From Vicinamibacterales bacterium (GTDB taxonomy: Bacteria > Acidobacteriota > Vicinamibacteria > Vicinamibacterales > 2-12-FULL-66-21): 64,000 nucleotides of DNA. Below, one piece after another: positions 50,387 through 60,645 of the stretch. The notes below the pieces were generated by a model. That model was not told where the DNA came from. It worked only from the letters and a program-made list of their open reading frames with translations, and ran no database searches. The stretch is taken from positions 232,549-296,548 of the forward strand of contig DASSPH010000069.1 in NCBI GenBank assembly GCA_035699745.1, written 5' to 3'. The position numbers and the translations under genes were made by a program. Position 1 is the first letter of the stretch, and each line of letters begins with the position of its first letter.

Positions 50387-53089
50387 ATGACGCGCCGGCC
50401 GTTCTGGATCGCGGCGCTGCTTCGTCTGTATCCGCGCGCCTGCCGCGAGCGCTACGGCGACGAGCTGGCCGAGGCGATGCGCGCCTGCGTCCGCCGCGAG
50501 CGCGCCGCCGGAAGGCGGGCGCCGCTGATCGCCGTTCGTCTGCTGATCGACGCCGCCTCGGCCGGCCTGCTCATCCGCGGCGATCGCGCATCCACCGGAG
50601 ATCCTGCCATGCGCACCATGCTCTACGACCTCCGTCACTCGCTCCGGCTGCTCCGCCGCGCGCCGCTCTTCAGCGCGCTGGTCGTCGCCACGCTGGCGCT
50701 CGCGATCGGCGCCAACACCGCCATCTTCAGCGTCGTCAACGGCGTGCTGCTGCGGCCGCTGCCCTACACCGAGCCGGATCGCCTCGTGCTGCTCTACGAG
50801 CGGATCCCGGGAGCGACCGAGCCGTTCGGCTTCTCCGCGCCGGACCTGGCGGCGTTCCGGGAACGCGCGCGCAGCTACACCTCGCTGGCCGCGTTCCGCA
50901 GCGTGGAGTTCGAACTCTCGGGGATCGACCAGCCGGAGCGGATCGCGGCGGCGCGCATCTCGGCATCGCTGATGGACGTGCTCGGGGTCGCGCCGGCGCT
51001 CGGCCGCACGTTCACCGCGGCCGAAGACACCGGACGTCAGCCGGTGGCGATTCTCTCGGACGGGCTGTGGCGTCGCACGTTCGGCGGGGATGCCGCGGTG
51101 CTGGGGCGCTCCGTGTCACTGGATCGCCGGGCCTACACGATCGTCGGTGTCATGCCGCCCCAGTTCTCGTTCCCGAACCGCGGGCCGCGGCTGAACAACG
51201 TGCCGGCGGAGATCTTCGTGCCGATCTCGTTCAGCGACGCGCAGCTGCGCGCGTTCGGCGCCATGTTCAACAACTCGGTCGTGGCGAGGCTGGCGCCCGG
51301 CGTGACGGTGCCGCAGGCCAACGCCGAAGCCGGCACGATCGCGGCGCAGATCGTCGCGCAGGTCTATCCGGCGGAGCTGCGCGAGATGGGGTTGAACGTC
51401 GGCGCCACGGCGACGCCGATGCGCGAGGAGGTGGTCGGCAACGTGCGGCGGCTGCTGATCGTCCTGCTCGCCGCCGTAGGCGTCCTTCTGCTGATTGCAT
51501 GCGCCGACATCGCGTGCCTGATGTTGACGCGGGCGGCGGCGCGGACGCGGGAAATGGCGATCCGGACGGCGCTCGGCGCCGGACGCGGACGGGTGATGCG
51601 GCTCGTCCTGATCGAGACCGGGGTGCTCGCCGCGGCCGGCGGCGCGGCGGGCCTGGGTGTGGCGTGGCTGGTCAAACGCGCGCTGCTCGGGCCGGTCAGC
51701 GGCGGGCTGCCGCGCGCCGCTGAAATCGCGCTCGACGGCCGCGTCCTCGCCTTCACCGCGGCGGCGTCGATCTGCGCCGCGCTCGTGTGCGGGCTGCTGC
51801 CCGCATTCGAGTCCTCACGGCACCAGTCGTCCCGCGCGCTCAAGGAAAGCGGCCGCAGCGCCACCGGCGGCCTCCGTCAGCGTCGCATCTTCTCGGTGCT
51901 GGTGGCGGCGCAGTTCGCCTGCGCCGTGGTGCTGCTGGCTTCCGGCGCTCTTCTGATCCGCAGCTTCGCCCGGCTCGTCGCCACCGACCCGGGGTTCCCG
52001 ACCGATCGGGTTGTGTCGGTCTCCACCAGCCTGCCGCAGCGCAGCTATCCCGACGCGGCCGGCGTTCGCACGTTCTACGCGAGGCTCTTCGAGCGCGTCG
52101 CCGCCCTGCCGGGTGTCAGCGCGGTCGGGGCGTCCACGGAACTGCCGTTGAGCGTGCGCGAGCGGCGGGTGTTCACGGTTGAAAACCCGGCGCCCGCGGT
52201 TCCGGCCAGCGGTGGTGTGGCAAACGACTGGGTGACGGGGCAGTATTTCGAGGCGCTCGGCGCGCGCGTGATGCGCGGCCGCGCGCTCGGACCAGCCGAC
52301 ACGCAAACCTCCGAGCCGGTCGTGGTGATCAACGAGACGCTGGCGCGGAAGTACTTCCCTGGCGAGGATCCGGTGAACCGCCGGCTGGCGTGGGGCGGCG
52401 TCAAGAATCACGGTCCCTGGATGCGCATCGTCGGGGTGATCGGGGATGTCAAGCAGGCCGGACTTGCCCGCGAGACTGAACCGCAGACCTGGCAGCCGTG
52501 GGCGCAGCTGCCGGATGCGGTCGTGGCCAACAACCCGACCGGCCTGTTCCGCACGCTGAACCTCATGGTACGGACCAACGTGCCGCCGCTCTCGATGGTG
52601 CCGGCAATTCGCGGCGAGGTGCGGCAACTCGATCCGGCGCTGCCGGTGACGGGCGTGCAGACGCTGGACGAGATCGTGGGCGCGTCGGCGTCGGCGCAGC
52701 GATTCAACGCGGCGGTGCTCGGCGGCTTCGCGGGCGCCGCGCTGCTGCTGGCGGCGGTCGGCATCGCCGGCGTCCTGGCGATCTCGGTCGCCCAGCGGCG
52801 GCAGGAGATCGGCATCCGTCTCGCGCTCGGCGCGCAGCCGCGCCGGGTCACGGGGATGATCGTGCGCGAGGGGATGGTGCTGGTCGCGGCCGGCCTCGCC
52901 ATCGGCCTGCCCGCGGCGTTCGCGGCGGCGCGCCTGCTGCGGTCGCTGCTGTTCGAGACCGCGCCGCACGATGCGGTGTCGTTCGTCGCGGCGGCGATCG
53001 TCCTGTGCGCAGTGGCGGCCGTCGCGTGCGCGGTTCCCGCGGTGCGCGCCAGCCGGGTCGATCCGGTGACGGCGCTGCGAATCGACTGA
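50387..53089 (+). CDS. ADOP family duplicated permease with a ~75-aa N-terminal cytoplasmic prefix domain
   Basis: ATG is 1 nt after the PadR stop. Prefix MTRRPFWIAALLRLYPRACRERYGDELAEAM... precedes the conserved [29 protein letters not shown]. Duplicated FtsX modules. Confidence 0.9.
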   Translation: MTRRPFWIAALLRLYPRACRERYGDELAEAMRACVRRERAAGRRAPLIAVRLLIDAASAGLLIRGDRASTGDPAMRTMLYDLRHSLRLLRRAPLFSALVVATLALAIGANTAIFSVVNGVLLRPLPYTEPDRLVLLYERIPGATEPFGFSAPDLAAFRERARSYTSLAAFRSVEFELSGIDQPERIAAARISASLMDVLGVAPALGRTFTAAEDTGRQPVAILSDGLWRRTFGGDAAVLGRSVSLDRRAYTIVGVMPPQFSFPNRGPRLNNVPAEIFVPISFSDAQLRAFGAMFNNSVVARLAPGVTVPQANAEAGTIAAQIVAQVYPAELREMGLNVGATATPMREEVVGNVRRLLIVLLAAVGVLLLIACADIACLMLTRAAARTREMAIRTALGAGRGRVMRLVLIETGVLAAAGGAAGLGVAWLVKRALLGPVSGGLPRAAEIALDGRVLAFTAAASICAALVCGLLPAFESSRHQSSRALKESGRSATGGLRQRRIFSVLVAAQFACAVVLLASGALLIRSFARLVATDPGFPTDRVVSVSTSLPQRSYPDAAGVRTFYARLFERVAALPGVSAVGASTELPLSVRERRVFTVENPAPAVPASGGVANDWVTGQYFEALGARVMRGRALGPADTQTSEPVVVINETLARKYFPGEDPVNRRLAWGGVKNHGPWMRIVGVIGDVKQAGLARETEPQTWQPWAQLPDAVVANNPTGLFRTLNLMVRTNVPPLSMVPAIRGEVRQLDPALPVTGVQTLDEIVGASASAQRFNAAVLGGFAGAALLLAAVGIAGVLAISVAQRRQEIGIRLALGAQPRRVTGMIVREGMVLVAAGLAIGLPAAFAAARLLRSLLFETAPHDAVSFVAAAIVLCAVAAVACAVPAVRASRVDPVTALRID

Positions 53090-53179
53090 AGCTGGTCTTC
53101 TCAGCGGCGCGGGCGAGTACGCTGCAGGGCGGTCCGAGGGGCGAAGCCTCCCCGAAGAAATCGACTAAAATGCGGCGGA

Positions 53180-53563
53180 ATGAGCGTGACGCCGGGCCCC
53201 GGCACCATATCCTGGCAGGATCTGACGGTCGCTGACGCCGAATCGGTCCGCGACTTCTACGCCGCCGTCGTCGGCTGGGAGCCGGAGACGGTCAGCATGG
53301 GCGGCTACGCCGACTTCGTGATGAATGCCGAGGGCAGCGGCGTCGCGGGCATCTGCCACGCCCGCGGCGTGAACGCCGAGCTGCCGCCGGTGTGGCTCAT
53401 CTACATCACCGTCGAGGATCTCGATCACAGCATTGCCGAGTGCCAGCGCCTCGGCGGCTCGCTGATCGGCACGCCGCGCAGCTACGGCGGCGGGCGCTAC
53501 TGCGTCATCAAGGATCCCGCCGGCGCGTTCTGCGCGCTCTACCAGCCCCCCGACGCGGCGTGA
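53180..53563 (+). CDS. VOC (glyoxalase/bleomycin-resistance fold) family protein
   Basis: 127 aa with paired beta-alpha-beta-beta-beta pattern and family-typical termini (WQDLTV.D, CVIKDPAGA). Confidence 0.75.
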   Translation: MSVTPGPGTISWQDLTVADAESVRDFYAAVVGWEPETVSMGGYADFVMNAEGSGVAGICHARGVNAELPPVWLIYITVEDLDHSIAECQRLGGSLIGTPRSYGGGRYCVIKDPAGAFCALYQPPDAA

Positions 53564-54228
53564 GCCTCGTCGTCTTCGATCTCGATGGCACGCTGATCGA
53601 CTCGCGCCAGGACCTCGCGGACGCCGCCAATGCGCTGATCGTGGAACGCGGCGGCGCGCCGCTGGCCGTCGAGACGATTACGGGGATGGTTGGCGAGGGG
53701 GCGGCATTGCTCGTACGCCGCGCCCTGACCGCAGCCGGGCTCGAGCCGGAACTCGAGACGGCGCTTCCCCGGTTTCTGCAGCTGTACGACGAGCGGCTGC
53801 TGGCGCACACACGGCTGTATCCGGGCACGCTGGAAGCGCTGGACGCACTGGCGCGGCAGTTCACTCTCGCGGTGCTCACCAACAAACCGCAGCGGCCCAC
53901 GGAAACGATCCTGCGCGGACTGAACGTGCTGGCGTACTTCGCGCACGTGGTCGGCGGCGACACGGCGTTCGGGCGGAAGCCGGAGCCCGCCGGACTGCGG
54001 CACCTCATGACGGCGGCGGGCGCGTCGCGGGGCGCGACGGTCCTCGTCGGCGACTCGGCAATCGACCTGCGGACCGCGCGCGCCGCCGGCGTTCGCGTCT
54101 GTCTCGTGAAGTACGGGTTCGGCTTTCCGCTCGCGGCTGCGGAGCTGTCGGGGGACGAGCAGCTGGCCGACAGTCCGGCGCATCTCGAGACGATGCTGCT
54201 CTCCCGGTTCCGGGGCGGCGCTGCCTGA
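53560..54228 (+). CDS. HAD family hydrolase (phosphoglycolate phosphatase-like)
   Basis: GTGA overlap start. Motif I FDLDGTLIDS, motif II LTNK, motif III GDSAIDLRTA. Confidence 0.85.
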   Translation: MSLVVFDLDGTLIDSRQDLADAANALIVERGGAPLAVETITGMVGEGAALLVRRALTAAGLEPELETALPRFLQLYDERLLAHTRLYPGTLEALDALARQFTLAVLTNKPQRPTETILRGLNVLAYFAHVVGGDTAFGRKPEPAGLRHLMTAAGASRGATVLVGDSAIDLRTARAAGVRVCLVKYGFGFPLAAAELSGDEQLADSPAHLETMLLSRFRGGAA

Positions 54229-54252
54229 CCATCGCCCCGGCGGCGCGTCACA

Positions 54253-55782
54253 TCAGCGATCGTACGATTCGCGGCGCGACGACGCGGAGAGTTTGATCAG
54301 GTACGCGTCGGGGTCGGCCCAGAACTTCTCCCGCAGCTCGCGCAGGCTCGCCGCGCCGCCGTAGCTGATCGACGAGCACAGGTGTTTGAACATCTCGCGC
54401 ACCACGGTCCGCGCCGAGCCGCGCGCCGGCACGCTGATCTCCATGCCTTCGGCGCCGATCGCTTCCAGCTCCACCTGATCGGCATCCTCGACGTCGAGCC
54501 GATCGCGGATGGCTTCGATCGATGCCATTCCGCGCAGCACCTTGAATGGCACCTTCACGGTCTTCTGTGATTCGGGCAGGACCACCGCCTTGTGGACGAT
54601 CTCACCGGGGGTTTCTTCCGTGCCGGCGAACGCGCTGCCGAGCATCACGCAGTCGCCGCCGAACATCAGCGCCAGTGCCAGCCCCCCGTGCCGTTTGATG
54701 CCGCCGTCGGCGATGAGCGGCACGTCCGCCTCGAGCGAGGCGATCCGGCAGTCGACCAGCGCCTGCGCCTGCGGCACGCCGAAGCTGGTCGTCATGCGCG
54801 TCGTGCAGCCGCCGCCGGGACCGATGCCGACCTTCACCGCGTTGGCGCCGCGCTCGATCAGGAAGCGCGTCCCTTCGGCGGTCGCGACGTTGCCGGCGAT
54901 CAGCTCGACGCCGCCGAACCGCTTGCGCACCGCGGTCATCGCCCGGTCCATCACGCGCGAGTGGCCGTGGGCGATGTCGATGACCAGCACGTCGACGCCC
55001 GCCTTGATCAACTCGGCGGCGCGCTCCAGATAGTCGCCGGTGGCGCCAATCGCCGCGCCGACCCGCAGCCGCCCCTGGCTGTCGCGCGTGGCGAACGGAA
55101 GCCGGCGCTGCTTGGTCAGATCGCGCGCCGTGACGAGGCCGAGCAGCGTGCCATCGGCTGCGACGAGCGGCAGCTTCTTGACCTTGCGCTCGACCATCAC
55201 GCGCTCGGCGTCGTGCGGCGCGATCGGCCCCTGGTGCACCACCAGGCGCTCGATCGGCGTCATCCGATCGGCGACGCGCAGGTCGGCGCCATGGACGAAC
55301 CGCAGATCGCGTTCCGTCAGCAGCCCCTTCAGCTTGCGCTCGCCGTCGACGACGACGAGCGTTCCGACGCGCGAGCGGGACATGACCCGCGCCGCCTCCG
55401 TGACGGAGGCGGACGGCGAGATGCTGTACGGATCGCCGATGACGCCGTGCTGGGTCCGCTTGACGATCTCCACCTCGCGCACCTGCGGCTGGATGTCGCC
55501 GGGCCGGAAGCCGCGATCGATGATGCCGATGCCCCCCTCTTCGGCCTGGACGATCGCCATCGGCGCGCGCGTCACCGTGTCCATGTTGGCGGAGACGATC
55601 GGCCGCCGCAGCGTGAGGTGCTGCGACACCCGGCACGACAGATCGATCGCCGCCGGATCGCGCCGCGCAATCACGCTCAACTGCGGTGTCAGCAGGAAGT
55701 CGTCGAACGTGCAGCCGTGCACGAGCGCGGCGACGGCGCGCGCCCGGCCGGCGTCAATCGACGGAAACGCCTCGTTCGACAT
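54253..55782 (-). CDS. guaB: IMP dehydrogenase family protein with CBS pair
   Basis: TIM-barrel IMPDH pattern with inserted CBS domains. Catalytic loop GIGPGGGCTTR. The C-terminal flap region is somewhat divergent from canonical GuaB. Confidence 0.8.
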   Translation of the reverse strand: MSNEAFPSIDAGRARAVAALVHGCTFDDFLLTPQLSVIARRDPAAIDLSCRVSQHLTLRRPIVSANMDTVTRAPMAIVQAEEGGIGIIDRGFRPGDIQPQVREVEIVKRTQHGVIGDPYSISPSASVTEAARVMSRSRVGTLVVVDGERKLKGLLTERDLRFVHGADLRVADRMTPIERLVVHQGPIAPHDAERVMVERKVKKLPLVAADGTLLGLVTARDLTKQRRLPFATRDSQGRLRVGAAIGATGDYLERAAELIKAGVDVLVIDIAHGHSRVMDRAMTAVRKRFGGVELIAGNVATAEGTRFLIERGANAVKVGIGPGGGCTTRMTTSFGVPQAQALVDCRIASLEADVPLIADGGIKRHGGLALALMFGGDCVMLGSAFAGTEETPGEIVHKAVVLPESQKTVKVPFKVLRGMASIEAIRDRLDVEDADQVELEAIGAEGMEISVPARGSARTVVREMFKHLCSSISYGGAASLRELREKFWADPDAYLIKLSASSRRESYDR

Positions 55783-55826
55783 ACCGGACGATCCTACTCC
55801 GGCGCCGGGGCGGCATAATAGACGGC

Positions 55827-56900
55827 GTGCAAGCGTATGTCGGCGCGGTCGGTCTGATCCTCCTGCTGTACCAGCTTCCGCCGGTTCCGCCGCTGCCTCA
55901 GCCGCCGTTCGCGGAATGGCTGGCCGGCGTCCGCGCCGAGGCGATCGCCCGCGGCATCCGCGAGGCGACCGTCGACGCGGCGTTGACCGGGCTCGAGCCG
56001 GTCGCCACTGTCATTCAGCGCGATCGCACGCAGGCGGAGATCGTGCAGACGCTCGACCAGTATCTGAAGCAGCGGGTCACCCCCAAAGTGGTGCGGACCG
56101 CGCAAGCGATGCATCGCACGCATGGCGCCGTCCTGCAGAAGGCATCGGAGAAGTACGGCGTCCCGCCCGGCATTCTGGTCGCGGTCTGGGGGCTCGAGTC
56201 GAACTTCGGCCGCTTCAGCGGCGTGCGTCCGACCATCGCGACGCTGGCCACGCTCGCCTACGACCCGCGGCGCTCGGCGCTCTTCCGCAAGGAGCTGTTC
56301 GACGCGCTCACCATTCTCGACAGCGGCGACGTCGAGCCGGAAGCGCTCAAAGGCTCGTGGGCGGGGGCGCTCGGCCAGCCGCAGTTCATGCCGTCGAGCT
56401 TCCTGCTCTATGCCGTCGACTTCGACGGCGACGGCCGCCGCGACATCTGGAAATCGACGCCGGACGTGTTCGGGTCGATCGCCAACTACCTCGGCGCGCA
56501 CGGATGGGAGAAGGGTCAGACGTGGGGCCGCGAAGTCACCATCCCCGATTCGCTGATCACGCGTCTGCCGGAAGTGGCGCCGATGCAGACGTCCGGCTGC
56601 CTCGCGCGCCGGCAGATGACCACGCCGCTGCCGCTGGCAGAGTGGAGCAAGCTGGGCGTGCGTACGGCGGCGGGACGCGCGCTGCCGTCCGCCGGCGTCG
56701 ACGCCTCGCTGGTGATGGGCGACAAGCGCCACTTCCTCGTGTATCCGAATTACCAGGCGCTGCTCGAATACAACTGCGTCAACGCCTACGGCCTCAGCGT
56801 CGGGCTGCTGGGCGATCGCGCCGCCGCGCCGGGCCGCGCAACCGCGCCCGGGCCCGCCAGATCGGTAAAAGCGGCCCCGAAGCGCGTCCCGCGCCGGTGA
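55827..56900 (+). CDS. lytic murein transglycosylase (MltB/SLT_2 family)
   Basis: GTG start with a hydrophobic N-terminus. Family pattern ILVAVWGLESNFGRF and GSWAGALGQPQFMPSSF. Confidence 0.85.
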   Translation: MQAYVGAVGLILLLYQLPPVPPLPQPPFAEWLAGVRAEAIARGIREATVDAALTGLEPVATVIQRDRTQAEIVQTLDQYLKQRVTPKVVRTAQAMHRTHGAVLQKASEKYGVPPGILVAVWGLESNFGRFSGVRPTIATLATLAYDPRRSALFRKELFDALTILDSGDVEPEALKGSWAGALGQPQFMPSSFLLYAVDFDGDGRRDIWKSTPDVFGSIANYLGAHGWEKGQTWGREVTIPDSLITRLPEVAPMQTSGCLARRQMTTPLPLAEWSKLGVRTAAGRALPSAGVDASLVMGDKRHFLVYPNYQALLEYNCVNAYGLSVGLLGDRAAAPGRATAPGPARSVKAAPKRVPRR

Positions 56901-56913
56901 AGGACGCGAGACG

Positions 56914-57540
56914 ATGACCGTGACGCCGCTGATCGAGCTCGAGACGCGGCTGCGCGAGCGGCTCGCCGGCACCCTCCCCGGGCTCGAGGCCCAGCGCCGC
57001 TTCATGCCGACGCCGCCGCGCACCGGCTGGAAGCCGGGGGAGTTTCCCTCCGACGCGCGGATTGCCGCAGGTCTGCTGCTGCTCTACCCCGGCGAGCGGG
57101 GCGCGTCCATCGCGCTGACCGTTCGCGCGAGCGGGCTGCGCCGCCACGCCGGACAGGTCAGCCTTCCGGGCGGCGCGACCGATCCGGGCGAAACCCTCAC
57201 GCAGGCCGCGCTGCGCGAAGCGCACGAAGAGATCGGCATCGACCCGGCGGCGGTCCGCATTCTCGGCGAACTGACGCCGGTGCACGTGCTCGTCAGCGGC
57301 TTCACCCTGCACCCCGTCGTCGGCCTCTCGCACGCGCGCCCGTCGTTCCGGCCCGCGGCGCACGAGGTGCAAGCGATCGTCGAAGTCTCGGTGGACGATC
57401 TCAAGGACGCGTCGCGCATCCGCCAGGGAACCCGCACGCGCGAAGGGGTCGCGATCGAGTATCCCTACTTCGATCTGATGGGGCATCAGGTGTGGGGCGC
57501 GACGGCGATGATCCTCGGCGAATTCATCTGCCTGCTCTGA
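56914..57540 (+). CDS. NUDIX hydrolase (CoA pyrophosphatase-like)
   Basis: Nudix box GGATDPGETLTQAALREAHEEIGI. Confidence 0.85.
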   Translation: MTVTPLIELETRLRERLAGTLPGLEAQRRFMPTPPRTGWKPGEFPSDARIAAGLLLLYPGERGASIALTVRASGLRRHAGQVSLPGGATDPGETLTQAALREAHEEIGIDPAAVRILGELTPVHVLVSGFTLHPVVGLSHARPSFRPAAHEVQAIVEVSVDDLKDASRIRQGTRTREGVAIEYPYFDLMGHQVWGATAMILGEFICLL

Positions 57541-57542
57541 AC

Positions 57543-57962
57543 TCAATAGACGAACGGGATCAGCTTCTTCACCCGCTTCTTGTAGGCGCGGTACTCGGGA
57601 TAGGCCTGGAGCAGCAGGCGGTCTTCGATGTGCATCCGGGTGAAGGCCCCGGCCGTCACCGTCTCCGCCCATCCCAGCACCGGCCACGAGAAGTGATCCA
57701 TTGCGCCGAGCCAGATGAAATGGATCAGCGCGGCGTAGATGGGATGACGCAGATAGGCGTACGGCCCCGTGGTGACGGGACCTGCGGGATCGGACCCGGC
57801 GCGGCGGCGAAACCAGAAGAAGGCCGCGATCATCACCGCCATCAGCGCCGCCTGCAGCAGGCGCAGCGGCCAGCGCGACGCAATCAGTGCGTCGTAGACG
57901 GCGAGCCCGATCACGCCGGCCACCATCGCGGCGAGGCTCAGCGCCGACAACGCACGCAGCAC
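57543..57962 (-). CDS. isoprenylcysteine carboxyl/phospholipid methyltransferase-like membrane protein
   Basis: 139 aa polytopic protein with the GPYAYLRHPIYAA motif. Confidence 0.75.
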   Translation of the reverse strand: MLRALSALSLAAMVAGVIGLAVYDALIASRWPLRLLQAALMAVMIAAFFWFRRRAGSDPAGPVTTGPYAYLRHPIYAALIHFIWLGAMDHFSWPVLGWAETVTAGAFTRMHIEDRLLLQAYPEYRAYKKRVKKLIPFVY

Positions 57963-57972
57963 ACCGGAGAGC

Positions 57973-60645
57973 CTATCGCAGCAGGCCGACGGGATCCACG
58001 CGCAGCGCGCGCCGCGCCGGAACGTAGCACGCGGCCAGCGCGACGGCGGCCACGGCCGCGGCCGTCAGCATGAACGCGGACGGATCGGTCGGCTGAATGC
58101 CGTAGAGCATTCCGCCGATGACGGCGGCAGCGGCCCGTGCCGCAACCAGACCGACGGCAATGCCGATGGCGGCGAGCACGAGCGCTTGCCGGAGCACCAG
58201 CGCCATCACCGCGGTTCCACGCGCGCCCAGGGCCAGGCGAATCGCGAACTCCTGGCGCCGCTCGCTCACCGACCACGCCATCATCGCGTAGATCCCGATC
58301 AGCGCCAGGGCGACCGCCAGCGCGCCGAAGCCGGTGACCAGCGTCGACAGGAACCGCGGCTTCGAAAGCGAGCGCTGCAGGTGCTGATCCATCGTGCGCA
58401 ATCCGCCGAGCGGCAGCGCCGGATCGAGCTCGGCGACGGCGCGCCGGATCGACGGCGCGATCGCCATCGGATCCGTCTCCGTCCGCACCACGAACGCCAT
58501 GAACGGGAAAGAACGCTGCGAGCCGGGCTGATAGACCTCGGGACGCGGTTCCGTGGACGGACCCAGGTGCCGGATGTCTCCCACCACGCCGACGACCCGC
58601 GCCCACTCGGTGTCGGACGAGAACCGCAGGCGCCGGCCGACCGGATCCTGTCCGGGCCAGGCGGCGCGCGCGAGCTGCTCGTTGATGACCACGACGGGCT
58701 CGGCCTGCCGGGTATCGGTGGCGCGCACATCCCGTCCGGCCTTCAGCGGGATCCCCATCGCCGCGAAGTAGCCCGGCGTCACGACCTGGTACCCGGCGCG
58801 CGGCTCGCTGCCCGCAGCCGGCGCCGGCACTCCCTCAGGCAGATAGGAGGTGCCGAAGTCGTCGCCGCCGATCGGCAGCGTCACCGCGGCGCCGACCGCG
58901 CGCACGCCGGGCACGCGTGTCAGCCGCGCCTGCAGTGCCTCGTAGAACTGCACCTGCCTGGCCTGGTACTCAGCGCGGTCGCCGGTGAGGGTGACGTCGA
59001 ATGTGAGCAGGTTGCGGGTGTCGAGCCCGACGTCCACCCGGGTCAAATGCAGGAAGCTGCGCACGAACAGGACGGAGCCGACGAGCAGGACGACGGCGAG
59101 CGCGATCTCGGCGGCGACGAGCACGTCGCGCGCGCGTCCGGCGCGGCGCGTGCCGGATGCCCGCGCGCTGCCTTCGCTGAGCGCGCCCGACAGCGCGTCG
59201 CGCGACAATTGCAGTGCCGGAACGGCCCCGAACGCCAGGCCGCAGACGATCGAAGTGCCGAGCGCGAACACCAGCACGCGCGCGTCGAGCGGCAGCGGCT
59301 GATCGCCGATGAAGTCCGCGGGAGCGGCCGCGGCGAGCGCCGCGGATGCCCACCACGCGAGCACCAGACCGGCGGCGGCGCCGGCGAACGAGAGCACCGT
59401 CGCCTCGGTGAGCAGCTGCCTGGCCAGGCGTCCGCGAGTCGCGCCCAGCGCGCGGCGCAGCGCGAGATCGCGGCGGCGTGCCGCGCCGCGCCCGAGCAGC
59501 AGGCCGGCGACGTTGGCGCACGCGATCGCCAGCACCAGGGTGACCACGCCCGCGAGCACGAAGAGCGGGCGCTCGACCGGACCGAAGAACTGTTCGCGGA
59601 TGGTGCGCAGCTTCGCGGTGCGGCCGCCGTCCTCGGGATGCTCGCTCGAGATCCGCGCCCCGACCGCCGCCAGTTCAGCGTTCGCCTGCGCCGGCGTCAC
59701 CCCCGGCTTCAGCCGCGCCACGGCGCGGAGATAGCCTGCGTTGCGGCTCGCCGTCATGTCGCGATCTTCGTCGACGGCATTGCGCGGAATGTCCCCCGCG
59801 CCGGCCGGCACCCACAGCTCCGGACCGGGCGACGCTCCCGCGCGCGCGGTGATCGACGGCCAGAAGAAATCGGGGCGCATCACCGCGACGACCACGCGAG
59901 GGCGGCCGTTCAGCACGATCGTCCGCCCCACGATCGCCCGGTCCCCGCCGAACCGCCGCTTCCAGAGCGCGTGCGACAGCACGGCCGCCGCCGGATCGGC
60001 GGCGCCGGCGTGAAACGGCTCCCCGAGCAGCGGCCGCGCCCCGAGGACGTCGAAGAAACTGGACGATACGCTCGACGCCGCGATCCGCTCCGGATCTCCC
60101 CAGCCGGTGAGCGTGTAACTGAGGTGGCTGATGCCGGCGAAGCCGCTGAAGCTCGTCGTCTGGCGCCGCAGGTCGAGCATGCGGCCCGGTCCGAGGTTGT
60201 CCGTGTTCCCCTGATGCTGGTTCCAGACGAACACGAGGCGATCGCCGTCGGCGTAGGGCAGCGGCCGAAGCAGCGCGATGTTCAGCACGCTGAAGATCGC
60301 CGTGTTGGCACCGATGCCGAGCGCGAGCGTCAGCACGGCGACCGCGGTGAAGCCTGGCGCGCGCCGCAACCCGCGCAGCGCGTAGGCCGCGTCCTGCCGG
60401 AAATCCGTCCACATGCCGGTCCGCCTCTGTTGCCGCGCCGCCTGGTCGTCGATCGACCGGACCTGCCGCGTAATGGACTCGACGCTGCCGAAGCGGCGCC
60501 GCGCTTCCGCGCGGGCGGCATCCGGCGGAAGTCCGCGGGCGATCAGATCGCGCTCGTGCATCTCGAGGTGACACGCGATCTCGTCGTCTGCGTCGGCGCC
60601 GGTGTCGCGCCAGATGCCGCGCTCGGGGCGCCCGGAGGTGCTCAT
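57973..60645 (-). CDS. ADOP family duplicated permease with a ~77-aa N-terminal cytoplasmic prefix domain
   Basis: Start [10 protein letters not shown], with an ATGA overlap on the PadR stop. Prefix [39 protein letters not shown] precedes the conserved [29 protein letters not shown]. Confidence 0.9.
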   Translation of the reverse strand: MSTSGRPERGIWRDTGADADDEIACHLEMHERDLIARGLPPDAARAEARRRFGSVESITRQVRSIDDQAARQQRRTGMWTDFRQDAAYALRGLRRAPGFTAVAVLTLALGIGANTAIFSVLNIALLRPLPYADGDRLVFVWNQHQGNTDNLGPGRMLDLRRQTTSFSGFAGISHLSYTLTGWGDPERIAASSVSSSFFDVLGARPLLGEPFHAGAADPAAAVLSHALWKRRFGGDRAIVGRTIVLNGRPRVVVAVMRPDFFWPSITARAGASPGPELWVPAGAGDIPRNAVDEDRDMTASRNAGYLRAVARLKPGVTPAQANAELAAVGARISSEHPEDGGRTAKLRTIREQFFGPVERPLFVLAGVVTLVLAIACANVAGLLLGRGAARRRDLALRRALGATRGRLARQLLTEATVLSFAGAAAGLVLAWWASAALAAAAPADFIGDQPLPLDARVLVFALGTSIVCGLAFGAVPALQLSRDALSGALSEGSARASGTRRAGRARDVLVAAEIALAVVLLVGSVLFVRSFLHLTRVDVGLDTRNLLTFDVTLTGDRAEYQARQVQFYEALQARLTRVPGVRAVGAAVTLPIGGDDFGTSYLPEGVPAPAAGSEPRAGYQVVTPGYFAAMGIPLKAGRDVRATDTRQAEPVVVINEQLARAAWPGQDPVGRRLRFSSDTEWARVVGVVGDIRHLGPSTEPRPEVYQPGSQRSFPFMAFVVRTETDPMAIAPSIRRAVAELDPALPLGGLRTMDQHLQRSLSKPRFLSTLVTGFGALAVALALIGIYAMMAWSVSERRQEFAIRLALGARGTAVMALVLRQALVLAAIGIAVGLVAARAAAAVIGGMLYGIQPTDPSAFMLTAAAVAAVALAACYVPARRALRVDPVGLLR

